A stretch of 64,000 nucleotides of DNA from Octopus vulgaris (GCA_951406725.2 OX597823.1:78926001-78990000), one strand, 5' to 3'. Positions 1 to 14,467 are shown, counted from the stretch's first letter. Program-made: numbers and translations. Notes: generated by a model not told the origin, from the sequence alone.

Positions 1-167
1 GCTCCTTATTCGAGTTATCACTATTTCTAGATCTTTGTATTTTGAAAGTTTCGCCATTTCTTTTAGAGAATCATTGTCATCCTTTGGTATTGATACAGCG
101 ATTAGAATGCGCTTTTTTCTCGATCGTCTCTAATAACTATATCCGGCCCATTGTCCTTAATTTCTGT
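1..167 (-). mobile_element. R4/Dong-clade non-LTR retrotransposon fragment (restriction-like endonuclease region), degenerate
   Basis: Minus strand translates, with a frameshift, to TEIKDNGPDIVIRDDRE.../LIAVSIPKDDNDSLKEMAKLSKYKDLEIVITRI, matching the RPDIV...D.SIP...K.EK..KY.DL RLE motif; abuts an (AAT)n tract, the known Dong target. Confidence 0.75.
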
Positions 168-185
168 ATTATTATTATTATTATA

Positions 186-241
<56 letters not shown>

Positions 242-266
242 TTTTATTATTATTATTATTATTATT

Positions 267-298
<32 letters not shown>

Positions 299-318
299 CA
301 TCATCATCATCATCATCA

Positions 319-352
<34 letters not shown>
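167..352. repeat. (ATT)n/(ATC)n microsatellite
   Basis: Directly visible trinucleotide tandem repeat. Confidence 0.97.
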
Positions 353-353
<1 letters not shown>

Positions 354-2761
354 TACTTACTACATGTTGCATTCTCAGGAATTATAAACACACACACATA
401 CATGCATACATACATGCACACATACATGCATACATACATGCATGCATGTGTGTGTGTGTGTGAATCAATACATAAGTAGTTTATATTTTCTCCTCACTCG
501 AATGTATTTTCGGTATTCACATCAGGCGTTCAAAAAACTATATGCATGAATGAAAGGATAGAAGTGGTAAAAATGGAGAGCCATTAGTGACTTTTCTGTT
601 TAAACTTAAACCTTCTTTTATATCAGGAGATATATATATGAAAGCAGACCAAACCTCAAAAATACACACAAAAAAAAACATTATATACCTTTAAAGTAAT
701 TTATAAATAGTTTTGAAATTACTGTAATTTCCATGAGAAACACAATTTTCCATTAACTTTCGGTGATAAGTTAGCATGGAGACCACAGGATAAAATACCC
801 CTTAACTATAACGATGTTTGTTTTGAAGTAATGCCGTATAATGTGATCTGGTTACAAAAACACTAAAGCGGAAACACGCTAGCAGTACGAGCTGATGAGA
901 GACCCTGTGAATGTTCTTTTGATGTGCTAGATATAGCAACCAGATCACCAGTAAAGCGTCTCATTAAACACTTCTCTGAAGCCGAATAAATCAATGATCA
1001 AAGATATTTCTGACATCACTACTGTGTCATTACGTTTGGCCTCGCGTATATTGTTCAAAATGTCCTTCATTTTATATGATGATAGAGTAAGATCTAGACG
1101 AAATATGGTTACATTTATAGCAGATGGAACAATTGCATAAGGTTTTCTCTTTGGCTCTAGAACACAAATGCTTTATAAGCAAGTATTTGCGGGGAAGAGT
1201 GCTTGAATGAAAATTATACATGTGTACGTAAGTATATTTGTGTACAAAGAAAGTAGTAATAATCTCCATTTGACAACAATTAATGTATGATGAATTCAAG
1301 AAGATGGAGATTTTAAATTGCAGTAAACATTGAAAATTCTTATCCCAATCACTTCATCGCTCACGAAGAAATATAGACCTAATTATAAATTTCTATGGTC
1401 CTTGAACTTATAAAACTATCTTGTTATATGAAGTATATATTTTTGTAAGTAGTATTTACTTGCTTACGTTTGAGCCATTTGACTGCGTAATCATTCCTGT
1501 AATTATGTTAATTATCCATCGAAAAGTTAGAATTGATACTTTCTGCTTTTACAATACTATTACAGTATCTGCTTTTGGTACGGTTTTTCATTTCCATAAC
1601 AGCATTTGATTCTTACTCTGTACAGTGATATTTGATGAAATATGTAAAAAGAAATTCAGAAAATCTGAAATATTGTCTTTTCTGAAAGGTGTCGATAGGA
1701 TGTTTCTGTACAAGTGGGGATTTATTTTTCTGAAAATGCGTTGGGGTAAGACTGCTTTCCGCAGTTAATTGTAATAACATTTTGGACGGATACATCCACC
1801 CTCTGCGTTCAAATGGTTAAACATTTTAATTTAAATTTTCATCATGAAATATACAAAATATAATAAAAATGGAAGGAAAATAATTCGGCTATTGAAAAGA
1901 GAACAAGAAAGGTTCAGATTTGTATTAAAACAGAGAACGATAAAAGAAAAAGAGAATAATTCAAAATATACAGTATCATAAATAATAACTTTATTAAATA
2001 TGTGGACTGTCATGAAGAAGACTATACATATACAAGCAATTGTCTCATTGTTACATAACTGATGCATTTTACTGAGGCACGAAACGACAAACGTTTTGGT
2101 GGTAGAATGGAAAATAGGATATTATATGTAATATATATATTTTCGCCGCTGGAATTAGCGCCAAAAATAGAACAAAATGGCTTTAATTAAAAATCAAAGT
2201 ACCAGGAAATATACCACTTCATATGACATTTTTCTTTTTGTATTTTCGAACCATGATGCTAGAGGTTTATAGATGAATGTAATCACATTGGATATGAGCA
2301 TAAGATGGCAAAAATATTGAAGGGAGTTTGTTGTCAGCTACGTCAACTCTCAGTAATATCCCTGTAGTTATTTTATCTAGAACTTAAGGATGACGCACAA
2401 AGTACACCTTGACGAGATTTGCATGTTCAATGTAAAGGGTCATAGCTAAATACCATCGAAATTTTAATCCACTCACGTTCGATTGTAACTGGGAGAGTCC
2501 TAACAACAAATCCAGCAATAAAACAAAGACGAAAAATTCAATTCAATTACATTCACTGTTAGTTACTATTGCTCTAATTTGTGAGTAGTATTTCATAGGT
2601 GTAAATGTCATGCAAGCCCGTGCTATTTGGGTCCAGAGGAAAGGTCATCACAGACGGCCGTGGCTGCTCTTGAGCCACCAACACCTATGAAAGAGAAGGA
2701 AATCGTTTGTTATCAAAATCCCATTATATGCCCAATAAAATCCGTTGGTAACGATGTCGTA

Positions 2762-2849
2762 CATCTCTTGGTATTGATACAGAGATTAGAAAGCACTTTT
2801 TCTTGGCGGTCTCTAACAACTATATCCGGTCCCTTGGCCTTAATTTCTG

Positions 2850-2850
<1 letters not shown>
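2762..2850 (-). mobile_element. Second R4/Dong endonuclease fragment
   Basis: Clearly similar to ~78-167; minus strand reads TEIKAKGPDIVVRDRQEK/CFLISVSIP; followed on + by (ATT)n. Confidence 0.7.
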
Positions 2851-3015
<165 letters not shown>

Positions 3016-3284
3016 ATTGATATGCAGACCAGTAAGGTAGACCGAAGCCTAATTATTCCGAAATCTGGTCCGTGATTACTTCAAAATCTGACTTGTGAGA
3101 CACTGTATACATACAGACCCAATGTGGATTTGTGGGGGTATTGAGCTAATGTACAGCAAAAGCATTTGATTACTATAAGCATATCATCATTGCAGGTTGT
3201 CAAACAAACCGGTGGCCCAATATGATATTGAGTCTTTGGCTGTGGAATCCTAATCAGTCAACCAGTCATTTACGTCAGACACCT

Positions 3285-3341
<57 letters not shown>

Positions 3342-3353
3342 CACGTGTCTACG

Positions 3354-3388
<35 letters not shown>

Positions 3389-3589
3389 CAGTATATGTGT
3401 GTGTTTGCCTGTATAGACATGTGTACATATTACATATGCATGTAGATATATGTACATATGTGTAGAAATGTAGATATGTATATGCCTGCATCTATGCATG
3501 CATACATATGTATATATATGTACGTATATATTCATATATATATATATGTATACATACATACAAACCTATATATATATATACATAAAAAC

Positions 3590-3634
<45 letters not shown>

Positions 3635-3638
<4 letters not shown>

Positions 3639-3856
3639 CAACAATTGAGGGTAAAATTAATTAGTTATTAATCAATTTCACCAAGTTTTCTGTATGTAAA
3701 AGGACCATTTAAGGAAAATTCAAAATATTACATTATATAAAAGGGGGCTTAGTAAAATAAAATAAAAGGGCTTAGTAAAATAAATTACTTTGCCACATAG
3801 TTCAGTATGTGGCAAAGTAATTTATTTTACTAAGCCCTTTTATATAATGTAATATT

Positions 3857-3862
<6 letters not shown>
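3635..3862. mobile_element. (TA)n-embedded repeat ending in a foldback hairpin (3718-3862)
   Basis: attcaaaatattacattatataaaaggg...ctttgccacata/gttcag/tatgtggcaaag...tatataatgtaatattttgaat; a related unfolded copy lies at 24700-24878 in reverse orientation. Confidence 0.7.
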
Positions 3863-3896
<34 letters not shown>

Positions 3897-4367
3897 GTGC
3901 GTACAAAATATAGGGTTGTAGTTCACAGTGAACGACTGTAAATCTTTTTTCCAAATAATAATAATGTATATGACTTGAAATGTTAGCCTTGCCTTAACGT
4001 TTGTTGTCCTCTTTAACAATTATTTTTGTGTGTATCTAGATGACTATGTGTGTGTGTATTTATAATCCATATATACTGTCTGTCTCATTTACTGGAGCTT
4101 CTACATTGCTATCTCTTAAAACCTGCTGCATTAGAAAGGTGACTTTACCTCATGGTTAATATATGTTCCGTAAAATATATAACGCATGCGAAGAACTGAG
4201 GCCGACATGAAAGACTAACATCTTAGAAGTCGGTAATCCAGTAATGGCTGCAGAATGGTAACTGTAACCAGCAAAAAAATAAATCAAAAACATTATGAAT
4301 AACAGTACTTCTTATACAATTATGAAATTTAAAATTATTCATTAAAAGAAATATAATATAGTTTGAT

Positions 4368-4465
4368 ATGATATAATATAATGTAATATAATATAATATA
4401 ATATAATATAATATAATATAATATAGTATAATATAATATAATATAATATAATATAATATAATATA
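4368..4465. repeat. (ATAAT)n pentanucleotide microsatellite
   Basis: Visible tandem repeat. Confidence 0.95.
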
Positions 4466-4639
4466 ACATAACAGCATGTCGCAAACACTTTTAACAAAAG
4501 GAATAAACTATTCAACGTATTTTCAAAGTAAAAATATATTATGATATAACATTTCTCAAATAAACAATAGCATTAACAACAAAAACGAAAAATGTATTGC
4601 GTATATAATGTTAATAGGTAAGTAAACAAAAATTCAATG

Positions 4640-4641
4640 TT

Positions 4642-4699
<58 letters not shown>

Positions 4700-4936
4700 C
4701 TGTGTGTGTGTATGTATATGTGTGTATATATATATGTATATATATATATATTTATATACATATATATACACATTTATACATATATACAAACAGATGTGTG
4801 TGTGTATACACGCGGATCTATATATATATATATATCTATATATATATTTACATATATTTACATGTATTCTCTCTCTCCCTATATGTATATACATATATAT
4901 ATATGTACATATATATATATACATATATATATATAC

Positions 4937-4984
<48 letters not shown>

Positions 4985-5267
4985 TGCGTGGGCGTATTTG
5001 GCAAGAGAAAAAATACCATCCCAAATACAACAATATATGTTTAAACACACGACTTTACATCAAGAATCTTGCAACACAAATTTATAAACACACACGCGCG
5101 AGCACACAAACGTATATATATATATATATATATTTGTATATACATACACACACATACACATATATATACGTATATGCATATATGCATATATAATATATAC
5201 ATATATACACATTTATATATATATATATATATATTCGTATGTATATATATATATATATATATATGTA

Positions 5268-5337
<70 letters not shown>

Positions 5338-5548
5338 TTTCTCTCTCCATCTATATATAGAATATCGAGGCCCATGAGCATCAACATTACTACTTTACAG
5401 TAAGCTGAATGGGTTTTGAATGGATCAGTGAAACTAAAAGTACTTTTCACTGGAAGACAAATACAATTGTAAATACACACACATACACAGAGACGCATAC
5501 ACACATAGACACAGGCACACACACATATATATGCAAGAAAATATACGC

Positions 5549-5610
<62 letters not shown>

Positions 5611-6143
5611 GTCCATGAATATAAATAAATATAAGTATATATGTAAATATTTACAAAAGATTATATTTCAATGTTTTTATTTGTGTCTGCATGTGTGTAT
5701 CTATAGATATATACATTATCTGCAAATGCTTCAAGCTTCTTTTTCTTTTCTAGCGACATTAATATGAAAAATATTTCTGTTTCTCTTTCTCTCTCTCCAT
5801 CTCTCCGTTTTTTTCTCCCCCCCTCTCTCTCTGTCTTTCTCTCACTCTCTCCTTCTCTCTGTATGCATGATTCTCTTCCATAGGATAGTTGGTTGCGTAC
5901 ACGATGGAAAAACTGTTGATTGAACTTCCATTGAACGTGCAGACATTGTTTATCTCTTTCATTTTCTCTTTTGTATTGACCGCTAACTTCACAAGTTTTT
6001 TTTTTCTCTCTCTGTTTATTTCCTCGAGGACCTTTCTGTTGAAGAGCGTCAAACTAATACACCTGCTTGTTGTGTATACACCTGTCTTCAACTCTTGTCT
6101 TTCGGTACATACCTTCATACATACACACACACACATATATATA

Positions 6144-6178
<35 letters not shown>

Positions 6179-6191
6179 ATGTATGTATATG

Positions 6192-6231
<40 letters not shown>

Positions 6232-6243
6232 CAAACACACACA

Positions 6244-6279
<36 letters not shown>

Positions 6280-6294
6280 CAAACACACACATGC

Positions 6295-6340
<46 letters not shown>
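4640..6340. repeat. Compound (TA)n/(CA)n/(CT)n microsatellite-rich region with short unique interruptions
   Basis: Visible dinucleotide arrays; source of many spurious IYIY ORFs. Confidence 0.9.
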
Positions 6341-6345
<5 letters not shown>

Positions 6346-6531
6346 GGAGTAAACACATAAATGTGAAACAAGGTGGAAAAAAGAGTACTCAAATACCAGT
6401 GGTAGAAAAGCAGCAGAAAATTCAACAAAACCTGTTACTCTGTTAATTTTTTTTTTTTTTTGCAGCACCTTTTTACGATAGCGCATTAAGGAACATACTT
6501 TAAATAAATAATAATAATACTTTAAATAAAG

Positions 6532-6565
<34 letters not shown>

Positions 6566-6605
6566 CCATGTGTGTGTGCGTTTGTGTGTGTATGTGTGTG
6601 TTTGT

Positions 6606-6990
6606 GTCATTTGACTGCCGGCACGATGGAGCATACATCACCTTTAGTCGAACAAATCGTCCCTGAAATTTATTCTTTGTAAGCCTAGTACTTATTTCAT
6701 CGGACTCTTTTACCAAACCGCTAGTTTACAGGGACGTCAACACACCAACATCGGTTGCCTAGTGATGGTGGGGGATAAACACAGACACATAAAAACAAAC
6801 ACACAAACTTTCACACAGACATATACATGACGGGCGTCTTTCAGCTTCAGTCTACCAAATCCACTTACAAAGCTTTGGTCAGCCCGTGGCTATAGTAGAA
6901 GACACTTGTCCAAGATGCCATGCAGAGGGACTGAGCCCGGAACCATGTGGTTGGTAAGCAAGCTACTTAACCCACAGCCACTCCTGCGTC
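6606..6990 (-). mobile_element. tRNA-derived SINE, family A
   Basis: Reverse complement of the family A consensus (head ggcgcaggagtggctgtgtgg with A-box-like motif, ggttcagtccc B-box-like motif, internal CA/TA tract, tail ...cagtcaaatgactgaaac). Confidence 0.85.
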
Positions 6991-7008
6991 TATATATTTG
7001 TATATATA

Positions 7009-7060
<52 letters not shown>

Positions 7061-7134
7061 CATACATATAGATATAATTATACACACCCACACACACACA
7101 TCTATATATATATATATATATATACATACATACA

Positions 7135-7227
<93 letters not shown>

Positions 7228-7332
7228 AAATAGGATAAAATCAGTATAGGAATTTATCAAGTAGTCAGCGTGAAAAACGACATCAGGGAAAAATTATTAA
7301 TTATTCACTTTAGATATATTCATTTATATTAA

Positions 7333-7512
7333 GGGCATTCATACACATAAATGCCTCACGCTACTAAGGACTCTCGAAGTCAAAACTACCATGTGTGTGT
7401 TTTGTGTGTGTGTGAGTGTGTGTGTTTGCGCGCGCGCTTTCATTTATTATGGTAGTTTTGAGTTTAAGAGTCCCTCGTAGCGTGAGGCATTTATGTGTGT
7501 ATTAATGCCTTT
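7333..7512. repeat. Imperfect inverted repeat (~60-bp arms) around a (TG)n spacer
   Basis: ggcattcatacacataaatgcctcacgctac...caaaactaccat versus atggtagttttg...gtagcgtgaggcatttatgtgtgtattaatgcc. Confidence 0.8.
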
Positions 7513-7533
7513 CATATATACATACATTCATAC

Positions 7534-7574
<41 letters not shown>

Positions 7575-7767
7575 CTGAAGTTAGTATAAGTTGAATTTGG
7601 TACTTGCTTATTCTCCAAATCTTGATGTCTTAAACTTTGTTTCTTTCAGTGCAATCCCTATGTAATCGTACCGAGCCACCATTTGCATCCTTCGAGTTAA
7701 CATGCCTACATCCTTATGAATCCTCATTGCAAAATCGCATACATGTATTTGTGTATATGAGTATGCC

Positions 7768-8170
7768 TTTACCTTTACCTTTTACTTGTTTCAGTCATTT
7801 GACTGCGGCCATGCTGGAGCACCACCTTTAGTCGAGCAAATCGACCCCAGGACTTATTCTTTGTAAGCCCAGTACTTATTCTATCGGTCTTTTTTGCCGA
7901 ACGGCTAAGTGACGGGGACGTAAACACACCAGCATCGGTTGTCAAGCAATGCTAGGGGGACAAACACAGACACACAAACACACACATACATATATATACA
8001 TATATACGACAGGCTTCTTTCAGTTTCCGTCTACCAAATCCACTCACAAGGCATTGGTCGGCCCGGAGCTATAGCAGAAGTCACTTGCCCAAGGTGCCAC
8101 GCAGTGGGACTGAACCCGGAACCATGTGGCTGGTTAGCAAGCTACTTACCACACAGCCACTCCTACGCCT
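7768..8170 (-). mobile_element. tRNA-derived SINE, family A (full length)
   Basis: Full match to the other family A copies from tail to tRNA-like head. Confidence 0.92.
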
Positions 8171-8609
8171 ATGTATATTTAAATTAGGCACCAGACAGTA
8201 AAAACCATAGATTCACAATGACTTAAATTTAAATATTAAAAAATAAATTGAAGTTCGCAGAAATTATAAGAATATAAAAACATTTCCTTTATGCTTCCAG
8301 TATGAGGAACGAAATATATGAGTGATTCCAGTAGAAGCGTTTCGAAACGGGGTGACGCATTACTCTCCCAAAATCGATAACCTTTACAGTTCAAGCATTA
8401 TATAGGGCCTCATTTATATATATGTACTTCTGAGAGATCACTATTCATAAAAGAATATACATTTTATGCTCAAAAGAGCATGAAATAGAAGAGGGACTCA
8501 AACTGAATTAAAAGCAAAAATACACAAATTAAACTATCCACTACAGTAATAGCGTAATTTATAAACGTTCTGTCTGTCTTCCAGTCTGTGTGTGTGGCTC
8601 CCTCTATAT

Positions 8610-8610
8610 T

Positions 8611-8677
<67 letters not shown>

Positions 8678-8692
8678 CTCTCTATCTATCTC

Positions 8693-8756
<64 letters not shown>

Positions 8757-8844
8757 CCTATCTCTTTTTCCTCCCCCAAAAGAAAAGCTCTACTTTGTAA
8801 TTTGTCCTGCTTGTGTTCGGCCCTGTGTGGCTAATAAAGAAACA

Positions 8845-8935
<91 letters not shown>

Positions 8936-8950
8936 CATATCTATCTATCT
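8610..8950. repeat. (TATC)n microsatellite interrupted by a ~85-bp retroelement-like 3' end (8762-8845)
   Basis: Visible repeat; the insert ends ...ccctgtgtggctaataaagaaac with an AATAAA signal. Confidence 0.85.
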
Positions 8951-9304
8951 AACTCTGTGTGTGTGTGCGTGTGTCAGCTGAATACTCAACACTAGGGGGT
9001 GGAAATCAGTTACCTCCCTTATAAAAGCACGAAACTGTCTACATTCAAAATATCGAAAGCATAGAATGAATGTCTTTACATCACTTTTATTTCCGATCAG
9101 AGTTAGGCTTTCTGTTATGTGTGTGTGTATATGTATATGTGTTTGTGTATTTGTTTGTGTGTGTATGTGTGTGTGCGTGTTTGTGTGTGTGGCTGTGTGT
9201 GTATGAATATATAATATAGTACATATATCCTCATATGTATGTGTGTGCGTGGGATTATGTGTGTTACACAAGCGAATGGAGAATGCAGTCAACACGTTTA
9301 GTAT

Positions 9305-9520
9305 TCTCTTATTCTTTTATTTGTTTTAGTCAGTTCACTGCGGCCGTGCTGGAGCACCGCCTTTACTCGAACGAATCGACCCTACGACTTGTTCTTTGTA
9401 AGCCAAGTACTTATTCTATGGATCTCTTTTGTCGAACCGTTAAATTGTGAGGAGGTGAATACACCAAAATCAGTCGTCAAGCGATGGTGGGGGAACAGAC
9501 ACAGATACGCAAATATAAGC

Positions 9521-9618
<98 letters not shown>

Positions 9619-9819
9619 GTGTGTGTGTGTATGTATATATATATATATATAAATACGACGGGCTTCTTTCAGTTTCCGTCTACCAAATCCGCTCACAAGA
9701 CTTTGGTCGGCCCGAGGCTACAGTAGAAAACACTTGTGCAAATTGCCACGCAGTGGGACCGAACCCGGAACCACGTAGTTGAGAAGCAAGCTTCTTAGGA
9801 CAGAGTCACGCCAGCGCCT
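9305..9819 (-). mobile_element. tRNA-derived SINE, family A, with expanded internal (TA)n/(TG)n
   Basis: Family A tail and head flank a ~135-bp microsatellite. Confidence 0.9.
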
Positions 9820-10930
9820 TGTAGTGTATATATTTCACTGAAGTAGAAGCCTGATTCAGCTTAGCATTACTAAAAAGGATTCAAAACTTTTAGAAACTTG
9901 CATTCAAAAGATCTGGTGAGTATTTGCAATTCGGAGTTTGTATTTCATACACATATACAGACATATGCACATGCGTACCTATGCATAGGCAAATATGCAC
10001 GTGTCCAAGGGACTACAGAGCAAGAACACTACGCACTAACCACTCTAGGAATTGAAACCACAAGGCCGTGCATCCTCTCTCTCTCTCTCTCTCGTTCTTT
10101 CTCTCTCTCTCTCACACACACACAAACGAAAAATTAATGTAATCACAATTTTATATTAAACTCCTTACATGCGTTTCACCATTATGGTTCTTTGGAGCCC
10201 TGCAATAAATGTTTCAAATGCATGTGGATGCTCGATGAGAACATGATTAGTGAACAATTTATTGTATGAAGTTATGAATTTACACATGCCCCCGTTTGAA
10301 AATAGAAACAAAGGAAGAAGTGAACTATATACAAAAATACTTGAAAGGAGCAAGATGAAAAGGAGTGGTCAAAATGTAGAAGAATGTGTTCACGATAAAG
10401 GCAAGTAAGGTGCTTGAATTTGAACATAAAGCGCTATTCCGACAACGGCAGGGATCCGATCCTAAACTTGGGTAAAATTTCAACGGGGACCTAGTAGACC
10501 GGTTGAATTCTTTGAAGTTCAACATTGGAAGACTGAGCTGACTGACGAAGAGGATGGAGTTGGTAGTATTGTACAGAAATACGACAGACATTTACTAAAA
10601 TCAAAATACGATAAGGTGTTAAGGAAACAATATCCCCACCACCACTAGGTGTGTGTCGGAGATTTCTTAGGTTACTAATCACCTAGGGATGCACTGACCG
10701 TTCTTATCGTTTCATCTTTTTACGACTGAATTTTCTTTTATTCTGTGTACAGCATTTCTAACTTGTTTAAATATATTACACTTCATTGTTTATTATTATT
10801 ATTATTACTTTTTTTTTCTTCTTTCTTCAAATTTTCTTCTATTTCTCGCCGGGTGTTTTCTGTACACCTAGGGCTGAGAAGCTCATTGTATGCATTCCCA
10901 GATTACACGCGCAAATTCACAGGTAAAATA

Positions 10931-11055
<125 letters not shown>

Positions 11056-11350
11056 TGCATATACATATATACACACGCGCACACATCTTCATACATTGTG
11101 TTTATATATATGTACATCCTCATTTTGTGTGACATGCTTTGCTTTGTATATGTGTAAGCCTTTATGGCCAATAGAGAAAGGTTTGTTATCAAGCGACTTT
11201 AATTACCCTTGGTGCTCTCTGCACTCTATTAGCCGAGCGACGCTGTTCATTATGCTTTTGTATATGATTAAAAACAGTCATTATCCAGTTTTTATTCAAA
11301 CCATTAATGGCTATAAGAGCTATTGCAAGAAATCAATCAATAAGCCGTAG

Positions 11351-11457
11351 CTTCTTCTTCTTCTTCTTCTTCTTCTTCTTCTTCTTCTTCTTCTTCTTCT
11401 TCTTCTTCTTCTTCTTCTTCTTCTTCTTCTTCTCCTTCTTCTTCTTCTTCTTCTTCT
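11351..11457. repeat. (CTT)n microsatellite
   Basis: Visible tandem repeat. Confidence 0.97.
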
Positions 11458-11984
11458 CCCCATCCTGCTCCTCCTGCTGTTCTCGTTTTCCTTCTCATTC
11501 TCTTCCTTATCCTTCTTCTTCTCCGTACTTTTATTGTTTGGCCTTAATTCTTCCAAGGCGCACTCGAGTTTCAAACAGAGACGTCAAGGGACAATAAAAG
11601 CTTCCATCAGGAGAAGCCGACAGGTCAGAACTGGTCAGATGCAATGCAAATTACAAAAAAAAAAAAAGAATGATGTCTGTGTGTAAAATAATACCGTTAC
11701 AAAATTTTTAAAATCATAATAACTTTGAATGAGTAAGACTGATTTATAGAAGGAAGAATTTACGCAAAATATGTTATGTACCTATAAATATGACCTTTGC
11801 TCATGCACTTATTTTGGTGCTGCCATGAATTTGGTCTACATATTTGTTTGCTTCATTCGATATTATACGAAGTGCTCTAATAACTATAGGTAATGTGGCT
11901 TTGCGACAACGTTGTCAAACTTCAATATCGTCAGACGCTGACTGCCCTGCAGGAGTCGGGAAATGCATTCGGCATAAATTCTAA

Positions 11985-12840
11985 GTTAGGAATATGAAGA
12001 AATATATTTGTGGGTAAGGGCGATGACGTTGTCGGGGAGAATCTAGGTGTCGACGAGGATGAAATAGCTGGCTTGTTTGAGAGGTGTTTGGACACGGAAT
12101 TCTCATAAATAATTCCCCCAAAACTCTGGTCAGGCAGTGGTGTTGAGAAGCGCCACCAGCCAGGACTGACAAAGATGCGCGCAGTGCGTGCAAATAGCGC
12201 TGCTCGCAGTCGTGTCCGAACATTGCTGTCTGGTTGGGTTACGTCGAACAGCTATTATCGCATGTAGGACGAATCCGACTATTCGCTGAATCCACCGTGT
12301 TAATCGCCCCACCATATACATATTTTGCTTTGTTATGAGAGTCGGGAGATAGTGTTCCTTTGTTTAATGGTTATAGTGAAAGAGGCCGTGTGGTGGACCA
12401 CACTGAAAAGCTTGAGGAAAGGTAATTTTCTCTTCGGTCCATCCCCCATTGAATTTTGACGCTCCATTTGGAAATGAAAGTGAAAGTTGAGAGGGAAGAG
12501 CTTCCTCTCAGTGATTTTGTGATAAGTGGGTGGCCGTGGCAAATGGGTTAGGGTGAATAGATCTGCTCTCAGCATGCACAAGTAGATTAGAGAGCAACAA
12601 CTGAGCGAAGGCTCATGCTTTTGATGGTCGGAGTAATTCTGGATCTGTGGTCTTTCTTGATTGCCCCTAGTTGGAATCGCTCTTGTATCAAGAAGACTGC
12701 ATCATTCACGCTATCACATACTTTGTATACTATGTAACATTCCTTTTCCGTATCATAATCTTTTATATAAATCCCCACACAAATTGTAGACTGTTCTTGT
12801 GATGTCCCACTTATCTATGATCCCGTGGCTAATAATAAAA

Positions 12841-12845
<5 letters not shown>
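11985..12845 (+). mobile_element. Degenerate 3' end of an L1/Tx1-like LINE (ORF2 C-terminus and 3' UTR)
   Basis: GC-richer segment; + strand pieces CPNIAVWLGYVEQLLSHVGRIRLFAES and EIVFLCLMVIVKEAVWWTTLKSLRKGNFLFGP resemble the region after the Tx1 ORF2 zinc knuckle; ends gtggctaataataaaaaaaa followed by (ATC)n. Confidence 0.6.
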
Positions 12846-12911
<66 letters not shown>

Positions 12912-13042
12912 TATCGTTATCGTTATTATTATTATTGTTGTTGTTCTCCCTTCTTTTTCTTCTTCTTCTTCTTCTTCTTCTTCTTCTTCTTCTTCTTCTT
13001 CTTCTTCTTCTTCTTCTTCTTCTTCTTCTTCTTCTTCTTCTT
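12845..13042. repeat. (ATC)n and (TTC)n microsatellites
   Basis: Visible tandem repeats. Confidence 0.95.
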
Positions 13043-14467
13043 GGTCTGCTTTTTGTGTAAGCGTATTGTCAAATTATGGCAATATTTATAAAATTAATCC
13101 GTATCAAATATGGTTACATGTTGCACACATATACACATGTGCATATGTACAGATATACAAGCATAAACATATACACTAAAAAACATATACACTTACCCCT
13201 ACAACACGTACACATATATGATGATGCTGCCGCACCTCATTCAATTAAACGTCCGCACCGATCCTCTTTGAACTACATCTCCGTTACATCAAAGCGCTGT
13301 ATTATGCACGTTGTTTTGTAAACCTTCCTCCATGCAGAATACATAATTTTGTTGACCGTTTGCGTTTTAGATCAGAATTAGTTCTTCCTTCTTTAGATCT
13401 TAAAATGTTTTGGCGATTACTTGCAAATTAACATGAGTTGAATAGAAACTTAGAGAAAGTTTAAGAAAATTACTTAAGTCTCGTTGTTCGTAATCACACT
13501 TGCATATCATGGATCTTGGAAACAATTGTATATAAAATGAGTATTGAATGCTGTTTTGCCTTTTATTATCTCCTACTACAGGTAATTTCCGTTGCACTTA
13601 TTTCTCACAAGTAGATTTTGCCAAACTGTCCTGGAGCAATAGGTAATCGAGATACACTCGTTGCATATATTGCAATGAGATTGTTTCGTATCGATATCTT
13701 GTCTCAATGCATGAAATTGATTATCAAGTAATATGCCGGCTAATCAATACTTACATGTGAATTTAGATCTACGATTATTATGCATGCATATAAATATCAT
13801 GTTTACAGTTGTATGCGTAAATGATCTTGTGTGTGTGTTTGTGCGAGCAAAATGTTCTTGTATATTTTAGAAAACAATTATGTCTCACCGTATGTGAACG
13901 AATTAGTCAAATATATATCGGACACACGTATACAGGCAAATTTAAGTATGATTATATACAACGTATAAATAAATTTCTATATTTGTTTTTGTAATAAAAG
14001 GTGCCTACTGTGAAAACTGAAATGGAAAGATGTAAAGATCATATCAAGCAATATGTTTTTATTGACAGAATCGGTAGAAATGGCGAAGAACAAAGCCGTT
14101 GTTGTATCTAATTATATCCGCTAAATGTACCACCGTTATTTATCTCACATTTGAATTCCCTTCCTTAAGGGCTTGGATAGTTCTCAGTCCAATTTTGTTC
14201 TTTGACCATGATTCTTTTGCACCTAAGTATTGCTATATCAATTATATCACATCCTCTTGTTTCTTGTGTTCTTTTTAAAAATATCGAAGTCAGCGAAGTG
14301 GTGGAGTCTTTAGGGTGTGAGATAGGTCGCCTTGCTTTATGTATTCCGGTTCATTGCAATCTGAGTTCAAATAAGACTGGGTTCAAAACTGCCTCCCGTC
14401 CTTCAAGAATCAATACATTACCTAAGGCCAGTACTGGATAAAGTCTTTTCTATTTCTTAGTGTACCA

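Noticed and set aside
892-920. CUGAUGA motif
   Set aside because: No downstream GAAA or stems.
10300-10930. Possible LINE 3' remnant before the (TTA)n tract
   Set aside because: Composition suggests a decayed element but I could not read a diagnostic motif.
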